From Octopus sinensis (Eukaryota): a stretch of 64,000 nucleotides of DNA. Each line of letters starts with the position of its first letter. Within the stretch, counting starts at the first letter, position 1. The position numbers were made by a program, and so were the translations under genes. Below, piece by piece: positions 1 to 13,951 of the stretch. The notes beneath the pieces were generated by a model that made no database searches, was not told the origin of the DNA, and saw only the letters and a list, made by a program, of their open reading frames with translations. The DNA lies in assembly GCF_006345805.1 (NCBI RefSeq), contig NC_043011.1, positions 40,250,464 through 40,314,463 on the forward strand, given 5' to 3'.

Positions 1-84
1 TGAGAAATGATGAATATCTGCTTGGAAAAAATTAATCATTTGTAATGCAAATGTAGAAATATTGAAGAATATGTAATATGAATA

Positions 85-272
85 TGAACAGCATATTGAT
101 CAAAATGCTTAGTGGCATTTTGTCTATTGCTATGTTCTGAGTTCAAATTCTACTAAGGTCAACTTTGTCTTTCATCTTTTCGGGGTCATTGAGCACTGGG
201 GTCAAAGTAATCAACTAGCCCCCTCCTCCAAAATTTCAGGTCTTGTGCTTATAGAACAAAGGATTATTAATA
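85..272 (+). mobile_element. tRNA-derived SINE, family B (~220 bp, (ATT)n tail), 5'-degenerate copy
   Basis: Contains caaaatgcttag, a B-box-like ctgagttcaaattc, tttcatcttttcggggtc, and the aaaatttcaggtcttgtgc...aaggattatt tail shared by many copies in the window. Confidence 0.8.
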
Positions 273-811
273 AAGTATGTTGAAGTGACTTCAGTACTAA
301 GTAATAGCTTATTATACATTGTTTTTAAAAATCCCTGGATGGAAAAGTTGCTTCATAGATGTGAACTATGTATCTTCTTTAATCCAGACAGATGTGCTAC
401 CTACTACATTAGGGCAGCCTACTGATTCTTATCCATCCATATTCAATGTTTTAATCACAACAAGAATCTCGTTTACATTTACAACACAAAGGTAGAAGCA
501 TTGCGTGACACATAGTCTTCATGCTAGCACTTAAAATAATTGTTTTGGGAGAGAAGAGCGGTTTATTTTTTTTGTTCTTGGTATATTAGCATATGGGTGC
601 CAGTGAGTATATGCTACTGATGAAGCCCAAAGAGGCAGAAATGTGTTGTCTAGTATTCTTAGCCCCACTGCTGGGCAATTTTCATGATACCAATATATTT
701 GTGTTGTTAAACACAGTATGTCCATAAGAGATATGTCTGTACAATTGCTGCATTTGTTTGGATTTTCATGATGTGTTTGCATTAAGTACAAAAAACACAG
801 ATGGCTATTAA

Positions 812-839
812 ACTGTGCTTTCTTTTTCTTTTCTTTCAG
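812..839 (+). promoter_or_regulatory. 3' splice acceptor of the WASF start-codon exon (exon begins at 840, with 15 nt of 5'UTR)
   Basis: Polypyrimidine tract gctttctttttcttttctttcAG ends at 839, just upstream of the ATG at 855. This implies a non-coding exon further upstream. Confidence 0.85.
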
Positions 840-854
840 GTCTGTGAGTGAAAG

Positions 855-1122
855 ATGCCTTTGATAAAGCGTATAGTCGAGCCAGTCCATGTGAGTAATG
901 TAGGGGTACACCCAGGTGTAAGGAATGAGTTAGAATGTGTAGCAAACAACACACTAGCTAATACTATTCGCCAGTTGAGCAGCTTGAGCAAACATGCTGA
1001 GGACCTGTTCACTGAGCTGTTTTCAGAAGCCTCTTCTGTGTACAACAGACTTAACCACTTGCAGTCTCGCATGGAGGATGTACACAGAAAGGTGAAACAA
1101 TTGGATGCCACTGTTGAAGAAG
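855..1122 (+). CDS. WASF: First coding exon of a WAVE/SCAR (WASF family) gene; N-terminal part of the WAVE homology domain (89 codons + 1 nt, phase-1 donor)
   Basis: The translation MPLIKRIVEPVHV...ELECVANNTLANTIRQLSSLSKHAEDLFTELF...KVKQLDATVEE matches the WAVE/SCAR N-terminus (MPLxKRxxEP, ELECVxNxTL, IRQLSSLSKHAEDxF, LDxTVEE). Similarity stops at GAAGAAG|gtaatg. The GNAWIFF tail of the listed ORF is intron read-through. The paralogue number cannot be assigned. Confidence 0.92.
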
Positions 1123-3670
1123 GTAATGCTTGGATTTTCTTTTAGAATCTAAATTTTACCCATTTCTTTACTCCTTCAATGTTTTTTTTTTCTTTTGTTA
1201 CTAATTTTTGACATTAATCACTTTTTGATGTTTATACTAGCATTTTTTTTTTATTGCTTTCTATTTGCAGTATTGGCATTTTGTTTTTCTAATTTTTTTT
1301 TGTTTTCGTTTGTTTTCTCCTTGTCTATAAGCAGTGTAATGTGATTATAATAATTACACTGTTTAGATAAATGTATATATGAATTTCAGGTTGGGAAAAA
1401 ATACAACAAAAATTCACAAAAGCAAAAAAAAAAAAAAGAAATGTTGCCAAAAGTAATCATATTGTAGCCAGTTGTGTGTTCTTTCTCTTATAAAAAAAAA
1501 AAAAGAAAAAGAAAAGAAAAGAAAAAATTTTAATCCTAATTAATCTTCATTTTGATTGTCTGCAATAAATTTTTTTGCCAGATTACTATTGCTATTTAAA
1601 AAAAAACATGTAATGAAGATCAATTTTTTTTTTCTTTTGAAATTATAAATTTATTTTTTAAAAAAAAGCATTTCTTGAAATTATTTCACCAAATCCTTTT
1701 TTCAGAATATTTAATATAAATTATTAATTTTTTTCATTTTCAATTCCTCATCCAAAATTCTTAACTCAGATCATTAGTTTTGTAGACATAGTACTAATAA
1801 TTTCTATTTCTAATGAATTTAGATTGATACTAATTATGCGGCTGTTTTCTCGTCAGCATTTCACACACACACACTTAAACATATCAAAAATCGAAGTTTG
1901 AGTAAAGAAGTTAACTGTCGGTTCTTACTTTCAGTCTAGCCATCTATATGCTACACTCCTAAAATTTGTGAAAAATCTGTTGCGTAGTTGATTGAACACT
2001 CACCTTCTAATATTCTTTATTCTTAAATTGCTTGAACACAGCATAATTCTACAAAATTTTTTTTCTATTTTTGTTGTTACAAAATCTATCTTGAAACTAT
2101 CTTCTCATATACTATACAAATAGAATGAATTTATATGTGAGGAGTTAGATTCATGTTTTTAATATTGACAAAATCTTCTTGATGATGGCCACACAAGTGA
2201 TCGAAAATTCTATCTTTCTAATTGTTTTCTTTCTATCTATAAACATGCCGAGTTGTTTTCAAAGATGTAGAAATTAAAAATGGCTTAAAGATTATAGTTA
2301 TATTACAATCAGGGTGCATGCAACTGTACTCATAGCTTATGTCATGTAAGTATTAATTTCGCCATTATCATCAACTTCTGCTTTTCCAGTAGATACCAAG
2401 CGTTAAGTTACCATACTTCTGTAACCTTCTAGAAAACAACAGTTTTAGCGTGTACATTTTTCTCTATAATCTAGCCAAACGTAAAATGGTTTTTGGTTGG
2501 AAAAAATAAGAAGTACCATTATTTTCCGAATATCTCATTCTTACGGAGAATTAATCAAGAAATTATAGAGTCATACTGCAATATCTGGTGTAAGTCTTCT
2601 TTTTTATCCTTTTTTTTATATGCTTTTTTTCTGTTTCATTCCCCTTCCCCTAGCAAGGTCAGTCCATCTCTTTTGAGATTGCATTGTGAATATTACAGTG
2701 TAGAAGATACACACCAACCATTCAAAAACACACACACACACACAGTGTTAACTCCATTTAAGCATTTATTATTTGGTGTCAAAATGTTCTTCACACCATC
2801 TGCAACCTGGTCACTGACACAGTTTAACTGTGACTGTTGCAGTCCTTGTGTGTGTGTGTTTTTGAATGGCTAATATGTGTCTTCCACACTGTAATCATTT
2901 TAGTTTCAACACATGATCTCAGATCCAATCACTTCTTGCCTCGCAAGTACACCTCCAAAATTGTGAATATTATTCCATAATTTCTAGAAATATTTTACTT
3001 CTTGAAATGTCTGTAATCCTGAGATTTTTCTTTTTCTCTTCACTTTCTCTGATTCTAGACTGATGGAGGGAAACGTGAAATATTTAAAATCATTCTCTCT
3101 CTCTCTCTCTTTTTTTTTTCTTTTTTAAGCATTTCATCTAGATTTGGTCTGAAGTCTCTTAAAATTAACAAAACATTTTTCAAATGACATGGCTACTTAG
3201 GCAACTTTTTCTTTCCTTTTACTTTTGGACTGGCAGGAAGGGGAGATGAATGAGGGAGAGAAAGGGAGAATTTTTTTTTTTTTTTTTACCCTTTCAAAAG
3301 ATAAAATGTCACAGAATAGCTCATTTTCAACAATTAATTTAATAGACAAGATATACTTGACACTGAAAACAAAATGACTAATTTGTTTGTTTTGTTGGGT
3401 TTTTTTTCTGAATACTAAAAGACAATGGAAAAGTTGATGGTGCCAGCAGTAGGGGGTGGGATGTAATATATTTCCTATTCTGATCATAATTAAAATTAAT
3501 TTTTAAAAAATGAAGTAGTATAAAACAAAGATGTCAAATTCTAGAGTGCTAAACTGAAAATTTTTGTCAGTATAGCTAGCTTAACTGAAACCTCTTAGTA
3601 TGTTACCCCAACTTACATTTCAGTAACTGCAATTAGTAAAAGCGAAAAATGTGTGCGCTTGTGTATGCAC

Positions 3671-3724
<54 letters not shown>

Positions 3725-5029
3725 TCAAGAAGTTGCTAAAGTATTTTGAAGAAACATCAATTTTTTAGAAACTTCCTTGAGATGATTTTTTTTATATTCT
3801 TTACCTGAAAATCCATGCCAGACTTCTCCCCTCAGGCCTCAGTTGTTGAACTTACTTCCATAAAACCTAGCTTTAGTAGTCAATACTTCATCTTCATTTC
3901 CCAGAAACCTACCAATTAGTCTATTGTCACAACAACCATAAGCATATCATACTACTCACTAGTGTGTGAAGCCTGCTTGCTTTTAATCATTATTTTGCTT
4001 CAATTTCCAACATGCATCAACAACAGCAAAAAAAACAAAAAAAACATGAGTATTGTTACAACTCTATAATTTCTATATCAATTTTAGATATTATAGATTA
4101 GCAATGTAACATATGTACCAACAGTAATTGGTATTTCAGTGTATATTGCCAATTAGATGTGACATTGTATATGGGTGACAGCAGTTGGTATAAAAACAGC
4201 TCACACCCATGGTAAATGAGACTCAGTAAGGTGGAAGGCCCATCTTGGTATCTGCCAGTAGTTGATTTCAGTTGACAGTGAGATAGTTGGATGTGTTGTG
4301 ATGGAGATAAGTCCGTTTCTATATAAGAATAATACCTGTTATATTCGTCAGTTGGGAAAAAAAAATATGAGAAAGTTATGAAAGTGATGTTTGTTTCTAA
4401 AAAGAGATAAATTGTGCTGTGAGGGTGGAGCAGAGCTACTTTTTAACTTATGTCAAAGACCAGGAAGGAATCACTTGCATCATATCTTATGTATTATTCA
4501 GAATATCAATTGGCATGTTATTATGGAAGATAACTCCATAACATTCAAGAGAAATAATTTCAGTATTTATGTGAAATCTGGCTGTAACTCTTTTACGTTT
4601 GTCATTTTTTTTTTAACTAAATTTAAATTGCCTTGGTGATACAAAACTTTCCAAAATCTTGGAGAGATATTTCCTTTAAGGAATGCTCATGGGTGAATGG
4701 CTTTTATTTATTTATTTTTTTTTTTTCTATTTGCATGATGTAGTACTCATCACTTCTTATAATTAGTACCAGCTCTTTGGGGGAATTGTTCTTGGTTTTA
4801 ATTTTTTTTAAATGAGATTTTTAAGTTTCCAAGTAAGAAAAGATCCTCTTCTAGTTAGAACTTGTTTCTTTGTATCCTTGGATGGTTCTGAACTTTGGTT
4901 AAAATTTTTTTTCCATCTTGAACTCAGTCTTTCGTGATCTTATCAACAAAGTGTATATACACATTCACACACACACCAGATTAGCACAAAAACACTAGTG
5001 GTTTTTACTTCAACCATTGTCTTTAAATC

Positions 5030-5900
5030 AATACATTTGAGCTAAGAATAAATGCTATAAATAACAACCATTTGTATCTACATATTTATCATGACAATGT
5101 AACAACAGGTCTATTTACTCTAGTAGCATACAATTTCTGTGTCCTGGAATCAATTTTTTCCAAAGTATTTTGAGTTTCTGCTTTGGTGTTGAAGTCCTGT
5201 AAAAAGTTACTGTGATGCTATAGAAATGTTATAGAATGTCAGTGAGCGGTTCTGGGGACCTAAGCTGGATATATTATTGAGTTTTGTTGTCCAGGTATCT
5301 TTTTCAGTTTCTGTATAGTAGGACCCAATTGTGTGCTGTCATGGAAGAGAATTTTTCTTGGCCAATGCTGGAAGTAAAGTTTGCAGTTCTTGATGAATTT
5401 TGCCATTTCTGGCAATATTTCTCTACTGTGATAGCTTGAACCAGATTCAAGAAGTGAATGGTTCCACTTTGGGAGTACTAAATAATAGCCATAACTTTTT
5501 CTTTTTTATATGCAGCTTCAGTTTGGGGATGTTTTGGTGCTTCACCTCAGCTTATTGTTAAGAATCCATTTTTCATTAAATTTCAGAATGCATTCTAAGT
5601 AGATCATATTTTGATTTACCAGTATGGTACAATTGTCAAATGTTTAACATTTAGTTCTGTCATCTCATGATTTGCTTTGTGCAGGCCTTTCACTTAGTTG
5701 TTGTCTGTCACAGAAGACTGTTCACAGCTTATCTTCAAGGCTAGCCTTAGGCTTCTCTTCACTTTCATTGCCAATACTCTGGCCAAATACTTATTTGATA
5801 TTGAGAGCAGTGTTTAATGGTTTGCATTCCATTTTGAACTTAAACAATAAAATAGCTGGAATTTGACAGCCCAGGATAAATCAATAGATTGGAATCTGTA
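5030..5900 (-). mobile_element. Decayed mariner (Tc1/mariner) transposase fossil
   Basis: Reverse-strand fragments translate, across frameshifts and stops, to mariner-like motifs: SLEDK..DRQQL, EKWIL, EAPKH.PKLKLH, KKVM, AITVEKYCQ, LHD, a degenerate YSPDL region, and CVDTNGCY near the end. Confidence 0.7.
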
Positions 5901-5939
5901 CTTTAAAATTGTGTGTTCCATGGACCTCTCCTTGTTTCT

Positions 5940-6112
5940 TTGACATAAGTCCCTGTTTCCAAGTGATCTAAATTAAAACCTTCCCTCAACACTTAAATTA
6001 TGTTCCAAACACTATCTTGATGCTAGTTATTTTAGTAATGTTTTATATTCAACATTAATTGAAACAAAGCCAGTGTATGTACCAACAGAAATATAGTAAA
6101 TAAAGGATTTAA
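5940..6112. mobile_element. Fragment of a ~200-bp TTAA-CCC (piggyBac-type) MITE family
   Basis: Shares aagtgatctaaattaaaacc and aattgaaacaaag...caacagaaatat with copies near 12893, 21525, 34600 and 42244. Confidence 0.55.
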
Positions 6113-6255
6113 ATAAAAATTTAATCCAACTTAAGTATTGAATTTAAAATAACTAATATTTGTCTGTGGATGTGTTTGCACATGCTTTTATACACAACTG
6201 TCATCACCTTTTATCATTTTACATCTGCTTTTCTGTGGCAGCATTTGTCGGATGA

Positions 6256-6428
6256 GCCTCTCAACCGGCAGTGGCTCCTTGTTTCGCAACCTGCAGTGGC
6301 CCCTTGTCTCGCAACCTGCAGTGGTCTCTTGCCTCGCAACCTGCAGTGGTCCCTTGCCTCGTAACCCACAGTGGTCCCTTGTCTTGCAACCCGCAGTGGT
6401 CCCTTGTCTTGTAAGCCCCTGCAGTCTT
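6256..6428. repeat. GC-rich minisatellite, ~25-bp unit, ~7 copies
   Basis: Repeated gcaacctgcagtggtcccttgtctc with point variants. Confidence 0.9.
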
Positions 6429-6875
6429 ACATCATCCTGATAAGAACAAAGTGACTAACTTTGTTGTTTGACATTTTCTGTTGCTAGATATCTTCTCTAT
6501 CTCCACTATAACATGTATTTGGTATATTTTATCATGCACTGCTTTCTAACAAGAAAGCATCACCACTATTCTATAGTGTATCTGTTCCCCCCAGTTTTTG
6601 TTCAAAGGTTGTAGGTGCTAAATTCTTTGTTAGTATAATAAATGTAATATACATTTGTCATGTCCTGTGTAAATAAAATGATCTATTATGCATATATACA
6701 CACCCGCACATTCTCTTGATTATTTTTTTTACAAGTCCTATGATCATTTAGTTTTTTTAATCAGAAGTTTCTGTCAATAATCATTAACATAATTAATTTC
6801 TTTGGGGTATATGACCTAAGGTATTCTTGCATCTTCTGTAGGTGTAAGTGAATTAAGATGGCAAATGAAACTGGG

Positions 6876-7086
6876 CTCTCTCTTTTACTTGTTTCTGTCA
6901 TTTGACTGCGGCTATGCTGGAGCACCGCCTTTAGTCGAGCAAATCGACCCCGGAACTTATTCTTTGTAAGCCCAGTACTTATTCTATCGGTCTCTGTTGC
7001 TGAACCGCTAAGTGACGGGGACGTAAACACACCAGCATCGGTTGTCAAGCAATGCTAGGGGGACAAACACAGACACACAAACATAT

Positions 7087-7117
<31 letters not shown>

Positions 7118-7295
7118 CACATACATATATACGACGGGCTTCTTTCAGTTTCCGTCTACCAAATCCACTCACAAGGCTTTGGTCGGCCCGAGGCTATAGT
7201 AGAAGACACTTGCCCAAGATGCCACGCAGTGGGACTGAACCCGGAATCATGTGGTTCGTAAGCAAGCTACTTACCACACAGCCACCCCTGCACCT
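6876..7295 (-). mobile_element. tRNA-derived SINE, family A, young near-complete copy (tail type 1)
   Basis: Reverse strand: A box TGGCTGTGTGG (7274-7284), B box GGTTCAGTCCC (7231-7241), conserved ttgggcaagtgtcttc core, central (TA)/(TG) microsatellite, and a tail ending gtcaaatgacagaaacaagtaaaaga. CpGs are retained. Confidence 0.88.
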
Positions 7296-7639
7296 ATACT
7301 GGGCTGTTGACTTGGTTTATGAAGTGCTTCATACATTTCCCAGCTCAGTGTTCCCTTCTATGTAATGAGAATGGTTGTCCCACATGTCTTTTAAAATCCT
7401 TATTATTTAGACCTCAAGTTGCTGGGACATGAGTGCATGTTGTAGTACTTGAATCACTTGTGACTCCAGCTCATGTTGATGATGGGTCCAACTAGATGTA
7501 GCATCAACCTTGTTTGGCGAGTAGTAATCTACTTCTTTTCTGGGCTATGAAAGAAACTTTCAGAGCAATGACAGAATTCTTCAATGATTTAGTTGAGTCA
7601 ATAGTATTTGTTATACTATAATGTAAGTAGGATGCACCT

Positions 7640-7830
7640 TTCAAATATAGGTGCATAGCCTTGGTGTTGGGGTGTTCTTGAGCAAAAATCATAATTTCAC
7701 ACCGCCCAGCTCACTTAGCTGTAAATGAGTAATCCTGTTACAGACTAACATCCTGTTCAGGGATAGTGTTGTGTCTGTCACTTGTATGCCATGGAAATCA
7801 GGTAACTGGCCCCATGAATCTTACGATTTG
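7640..7830 (+). mobile_element. Old SINE fragment of a third family (C)
   Basis: gtgttcttgagcaaaa...cagctgtaaatgagt...gactaacatcctgttcaggg. The gtgttcttgagc core recurs on the minus strand at ~33520-33545. Confidence 0.5.
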
Positions 7831-10800
7831 AGACAATAACGTTCAAGGTTTGATAATGATGATTAATGTTGATAGTACAATTCACTTTTCAAATTAAGCA
7901 GATCTTCTCAAATATATTCTTTAGGTTGAAGTTTATTTTCATTATGATTTACTCAGGTTTGAGTTGTCATTGCATATTTCATGTTAAGAGCAAGTCTTGC
8001 AGAAGTGTTGGCTGTCATTTAGAAATTTCATCTCAACTACTTACTCAAATTCAGACTGCCACTTGAATTTAGGCTTAAATGAGTACACTAGTGTTGGCTG
8101 TCACTCTGGGTCTTTGAAGTGTATGTTGGGTTACGTGCAACTATCTGCCAGAATTGATGTCTTTTTATGATCTTATTCTTTGGTTGAATGATGAAATGAG
8201 TTTAGATTCTTCGCATCATGTATTTTAGATTGAGTGGAAATTTTCTGTTGGGATATGACAAATTTTGGTGCAGCAGTTTTGGTACCACCTATTTGGCACC
8301 ACTGATTCAACACCACCTGTCTGGTGTCACTGATGTGACTCTAACTTGTTTGTCATTTTGATATTCCTCCCATTCTCTGAGCATGTATATATGTCCGTCT
8401 CTCTCTCTCTCTTATTTTTATGTATATATTTCTGCATGCATGTATGTGCATTGTTTGCTTCCAGTGCCCAAAACATACTGTTCCTAAAATAGTTTGAATG
8501 TCCAGTCAGCTGTGCCAGATAATCAGCATCTAAACAGCCATGCCAAATCATCTCATTGCATCCAATATTGTTTTGCTAATTGACAGACAGTAGAACAGAG
8601 GGTTTCAGAGAAGACACCACAAACTTGTCATTTCAAACTATGAGACTGACACTTACCTTCTGAGCCATTCAGTCACTCTACCACCATTACCATTTATGAC
8701 TATATCGGTTGAGATGATGATGAGAATTTTGCTCGAAAGAGCTTTCTTTCTATTAAAAATTTAATCTGATTCCTTAATGCTTGCTGATTCTAATTCCTCT
8801 TGTTTGTCATTAAATAACATTAAAAATAAAAATTGAAAAACAGTAGTTGTAGTAATAATAATGATGATTTTTATTTTCTGCCTAAGCAATGGATAAGGGG
8901 AATGATACAAAGACAAATATAAAGTGTGGGGGTTTACATTGAATGGAATGATTTAAGAAAAAAAAACTGGAAATAATAATAATAATAATAATAACAAAAA
9001 GGAAATTCGATGAGCAAATGAATAAATAAATTTTTAATTAATGAAAGTCCTATGAAGCTAAAGTTCTGTTTTAAGTAGATTAGGTTTGAAATACATCCTG
9101 GTGCATAGTTTTCACTACTTAAAGCTCTGTGAAGCACTCTTCACTAGTTCTCAGCTCAGGAAATGTGTGAATATTCACTCACCAGAAGGAAATGAGAGAT
9201 ATAAGACTTGATATTTTTATTTTTCTTACCCAGACTATGACCAGGTTTTTAATTCCTGCTTGTAGTCATTTCTCTTGACTTATGTTGTCACTAAAGCCCT
9301 TCAGAAAAAAAAAAAAAAAAGGAAAGGAAAGAAAAATAGATGAATGTCTCAGTTCTTTTATCTCATCTAAAATAGTAGTCCCCCATGTTGATGAGGCGAT
9401 AGAAATGCCTCTAGACTAACTTGAGCTTTGTTTACACCTTCAGAGAATCTGTAATGGTACTTATATTTTGTCTTTCAGTAATTGATGCCTTGCTTTCACA
9501 TGATAGTTTGACTTGCTAGCAATAGCAGCCAAAAGTCATCCTCAAACCACTGTGGTGGTGGCAGTTGATTTGGCAATTGAACCAAGGAGACTATTTTCAT
9601 TGTCCTTTTTCAAATCGGTATCTCTCAATCAGAGATGGAGACAGGAGTGTCATGTTATTTTTTCTTTTGGTGATAGGGTGAGATTTGAACTCAGAATGCA
9701 CATAGTTGGAATAGATACTGAATAGTATTCCACTTTTTTTTTATAAATTGATCCCAAAAGGATGAAAGACAAATTTGACCATAGCAGGGTTTGAACTCTG
9801 AGCACAAGGTATCAGAACAAATATTATGAGTCATTCAGTACACTTCCTTACATTCCTTTAAGGAGCACTTTCTTCCATACCTTTAATGAAGGCTCATTCT
9901 ATCCTCAATGCTCCATTCAGGTGAAATATATGGACCAAGGGGTAAAACATTGGTGGACCCTGAGTTACCTGCAGAAGGAAACTTCCCTGTAATGCAATTG
10001 CTTTAGTGATTGTCAAAACAACATGTTTTAAGTAAATCTTGAAGTTGGAGCAAAGTATCTCAAATGCTTATTTCTCACACACATAAACAAACACCCATAA
10101 CATACTTCTACAGCTCATAAATTGATTAGCAGTACATAGGTTAAATCAAGAGATTTTGGAGGCAGTTAGTGAACCACAATGCAGTTGGTTGACATGCTTT
10201 GCTGGAAATAGTGACTAAATTTTCCTCAAATTACATGGTGATTTGGAAAAAGAAGTACATATTGGATAGTGGCAGGATAGTAAGGGCACAGCATGACTTG
10301 TGACATTAAGTCCGTTTTCCAACTATGCAGGTCCAGGTTCAATTTCATTGTGTAGCGCTTTAAGTAAAGCTACAATAACCTCAAGAATTCGGTATGCAGA
10401 AACAGTATATGACTGGAAAACACTCAAAAAACATTTCCAATTATGTCGCATGTAAAATGTTACAGATGCTTTCTTTTGACTCTTGCACTCAAAAATATCT
10501 TCGTTTGTATCTTTATACAAAATAAAGATACAAAAAACAGCTGATGTGGCTCCAGCTGGAACAGCTTTGTTTACTAGGTTTACTGACTCACAGCTGACCA
10601 GGGGTTAAATGGCTTGTAAGGGCTTGAAAGTAATGAAACTCTTTTTCAAAATCTGATGTTGACATAGTTTCAACAATGACCAACACTATAATAATTCCTC
10701 CACTGTATATCAAAATTGTAGCTGTTTTTGTACATACCTTGACCAACTAGCCACATATATACATCGATTTACATACATACCTGCCCACACACATATACAG

Positions 10801-12469
10801 TTATTGTGTGTGTGTGTGTATATTTAAATAAGATATCCGGTTTGTTTTGCTAGCTTCCAGATTGTACTTCAGTCTGTTGTAAAGCTTGTTGTCTGAATGT
10901 AGATTAGTTTATCTTGTTCGTTAATCTTGTAGTTTGCAATAGATTAGAGAGGAATCCCGAGAAATACATATTCACACACAGGCACACAGATATGGGGAGC
11001 ACAAGTTATTTTGGGTGTTTTAGATGAAAGATTGAAACTTGGATTTTTTTTGTGTGAAAATGTGTTTTAGCCAAATTAATCAGTATTGCTATGCATGTCT
11101 TGTGTCGAAGGACCTGTGTAATTTTTTTTGTTGGGTATCAACTTGAAAGACACCAAACAAATGAATGCCACCAATATGTAGTAATAGATGAAGACAGTTT
11201 AAACTTTCAGATTTCTTTCAGTACTAGATTCTACAAGTGTTTGGGCTTCTTTAAACCTGTTATCATTTACACTGGTTTAAATGTTCGTCAGTGACAGTTA
11301 TTGTGATTAGAGGTAAGCTGTTAAGCTTAGCATGTAATATATTAAGTTTAGGTTTCGAATTGAAGCCCTGTCTCATTTCACTTACCATTGGATGCCTTTG
11401 GAGAAAGAAGTAAGGCAGACAGCATAGACACAACTATACCTTCTTTTCCATTCCAGCTTGCAACCATTATCTGTGAGCCTTGTAAGAAATTTAGCACATG
11501 TAAATCTGTTAGGAATTCAAAAAGTGGTCCCTTATTTTGGATTTAGTTGCTCCTTTTTTTGTGTGTTATTTCTCTTTGTTCTTGAAGAGTTGATGGAAAT
11601 ATTCTTATGTAGTTTGTTATGCAGTAGTTTTAGAGAGAGAGAAAGGGATTCTGGAGATTTTGAATTCATGCTTAATCTCAAAACCTAATCTTTTTTATTT
11701 TATTCTAACATTGTTATTCTCTCCATTCCATCCTCTCTGACCCCGACTTCCCTCCATCCTCCCACATCTCTGTTCAAAGAAAGATGGTTCATTGCTTATT
11801 CTGTGTGTCTGTGTTTGGTGAAAATCTGATATGGAAGTAGTAAAGCTAGCCTTATCTACTTTCCATCACCTTCACAATCCTCAAGAGGATACAAAGAAAT
11901 GCTACCATTACATTTCATTTCAGCTGAGCTGAAACACAATCATTCAGATCTTGGTGATTTATATTAGTTCAGGTTGTAATTCTTACTGAGATTTATCTTG
12001 TTCTAAAAAAGAAAAAAAAGGGAAGGGAGTTATTTCTGCCATTATTTTACCAGTTTCTTCATCTATTTATCTTTATCTATTTGTTTCTGACCTTCATCTG
12101 TGTACATGTACATACAAGTTTGTAGTTAGGGATTGCGTTTTTAGCTTAAAGGATTTCATTGCCATATTCTTTTTTTTTTTTTAATTTGTTTGTTGCTTTT
12201 AAATATTTTCTGTGTAGTCAATTAGGTTTGTTTGCATGGATATTAGTTCATATTTCCATGACGCACAACATGGAATAATCTGCAGTTTTTCTCAATTAAT
12301 TAGCAGGTTCAGTTCTTGTCCAGTTTTCTAAGTACATCTGTCTACTGCATTTCCATTTTATAATTTATTTCATGCCCAAAAGTTTTTGTAGCATCTGTAG
12401 TGGCTATTACTCCCTGTTGCTGGCAGCTTTGTATAATGACTGTTACATGCAGCAATCCCAATCATTACT

Positions 12470-12800
12470 CACTGCTTATATAAGCTCTCACTCCCTGTGG
12501 AGCATAAGCCATTGACTTATCCACTGCTCTCGACTCCAAGTGGTCCTCTCACTGGCCTTGATTGTTTTGAATTGTCATCAATGCTCCTGTAACTTTGCTT
12601 TTTCTCTAGGTAGGGTGTTGACCCTATACAAACATTTTTTTATCCCTGGTGGAGGAAAAAGGTAGTCCATCATTTGACATGTTTTCTAATCTTTGACATG
12701 TTGAGCATGTGAGGTCCTACCAGGAGCTTGCTCTCTGCTGACATAGCTCTCAGAATCATTGAGACATGCAAGCCACCACTATGTAACAAGACCTTGTGTT
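12470..12800 (-). mobile_element. Non-autonomous bipartite RTE derivative (5'UTR joined to 3' end)
   Basis: Reverse strand: cttgttacatagtggtggcttgcatgtctcaatgattctgagagctatg...ggtaggacctcacatgc resembles RTE-clade 5'UTRs. It is followed within ~330 bp by aatggcttatgctccacagggagtgagagctta, which resembles RTE 3' ends. Confidence 0.55.
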
Positions 12801-12892
12801 GGAGTCATTGTTGTTGGTTTATTACAGACATTGAAGTAGTAACCATATAGTAATGGGTTCTAACCTTTCTATAGTCATAGCTTTGTTATCTC

Positions 12893-13065
12893 TTAACCCT
12901 TTTCACACTGACCCTCCTGAGACCACCCTTGGCTCTGATATAAACTTTGCATTTTAAAGAGGCATCAGTTAAAACTTTCAAGATTGCATGTTAATTTGTT
13001 CGAAACAAAGTTGACTAAATTCTTCATTATTTTAAAAATTAAGTGAAATTTAATGTATTTAACCA
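12893..13065. mobile_element. TTAA-CCC MITE family copy
   Basis: Begins ttaacccttttcacactgaccctcctgagaccaccc. The internal sequence is shared with other copies. Confidence 0.6.
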
Positions 13066-13079
13066 GAAATCACAATCAT

Positions 13080-13510
13080 CCTCATCATCATCATTTTAGC
13101 ATCCATTTTTCTATGCTTGCATGGATGGGGCAGTTTATTGTGGCAGGTTTTCTACTTTTGGATTCCTGTTTTAACACCAACCCTCACCTGTTTCCAAGCA
13201 AGGTAATATTTCCACATGGCCAGACATGTTTTCAGAGAATATTGGAAATAAATGATATCACATATCAGCAACATTCATTAGCAACTATCGTGTGATGTCA
13301 AGACAAGATACAAACATATTCATGTTCACTCACACTCATATTATATACACATAAATATATATGATGGGCCTTTTTCAATTTCCATTTATCAAATCCACTT
13401 ACAAGGCTTTGGTTGGCATTGGTACAAAGGAAAAAAAAACACTTTCCCAACAAACCACCAGAAGTTTTGAATCTGAAACCATGTGGTTGAGAAGCAGATT
13501 TTGTTTTCCT
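13080..13510 (-). mobile_element. Family A SINE head with RTE-like (TGA)n tail (tail type 2), decayed
   Basis: Head remnants (aaatccacttacaaggctttggt) plus ccctcacctgtttccaagcaaggtaatattt and a catcatcat terminus. Confidence 0.7.
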
Positions 13511-13951
13511 CAGTTTAGCTGGCTGACAATAGGTTTTAACCCTTACTACACCATTGGTTTGGTAAGTTCTTGATAGCTTGAGTAAAAAACATTTCCTTCA
13601 GCATTGCAAAGATCCTTACCCTACCATCATTCTCCTCCCAATTTTTGTTGTAATCATCATCATTTTTTAATATCTATTTTACTCTTGGGTGGTTCTGACA
13701 TGCAGTTTATCAAAGAAATCGTGTAGTAACAGAATGCAGATTCACAGTCTCTGAGTTAGATATTTCATTCAAACTCTAATCAACAGAGGTGTGAAGCCAA
13801 GATTTCATCAAGAGGTGAAATGAGAATATTAATGACATCCTTTGCATTTTTGAGCACATTGGAAATATAAGGGAAATAAATTGCTCCAACTGGCAATAGA
13901 AACTTGGTAACATGTTTAGCTGCTCTGGGGGTTACCTCTACTGTAAGGTGC

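Noticed and set aside
531-911. 126-aa antisense ORF overlapping the WASF exon
   Set aside because: Non-ATG start, runs through the polypyrimidine tract and has no homology.
1123-1145. C-terminal GNAWIFF of the 96-aa ORF
   Set aside because: Lies after the GT donor, so it is intron read-through.
1830-2010. Possible HINE-like fragment
   Set aside because: Only one weakly similar block and a (CA)n tract; no terminal hairpin.
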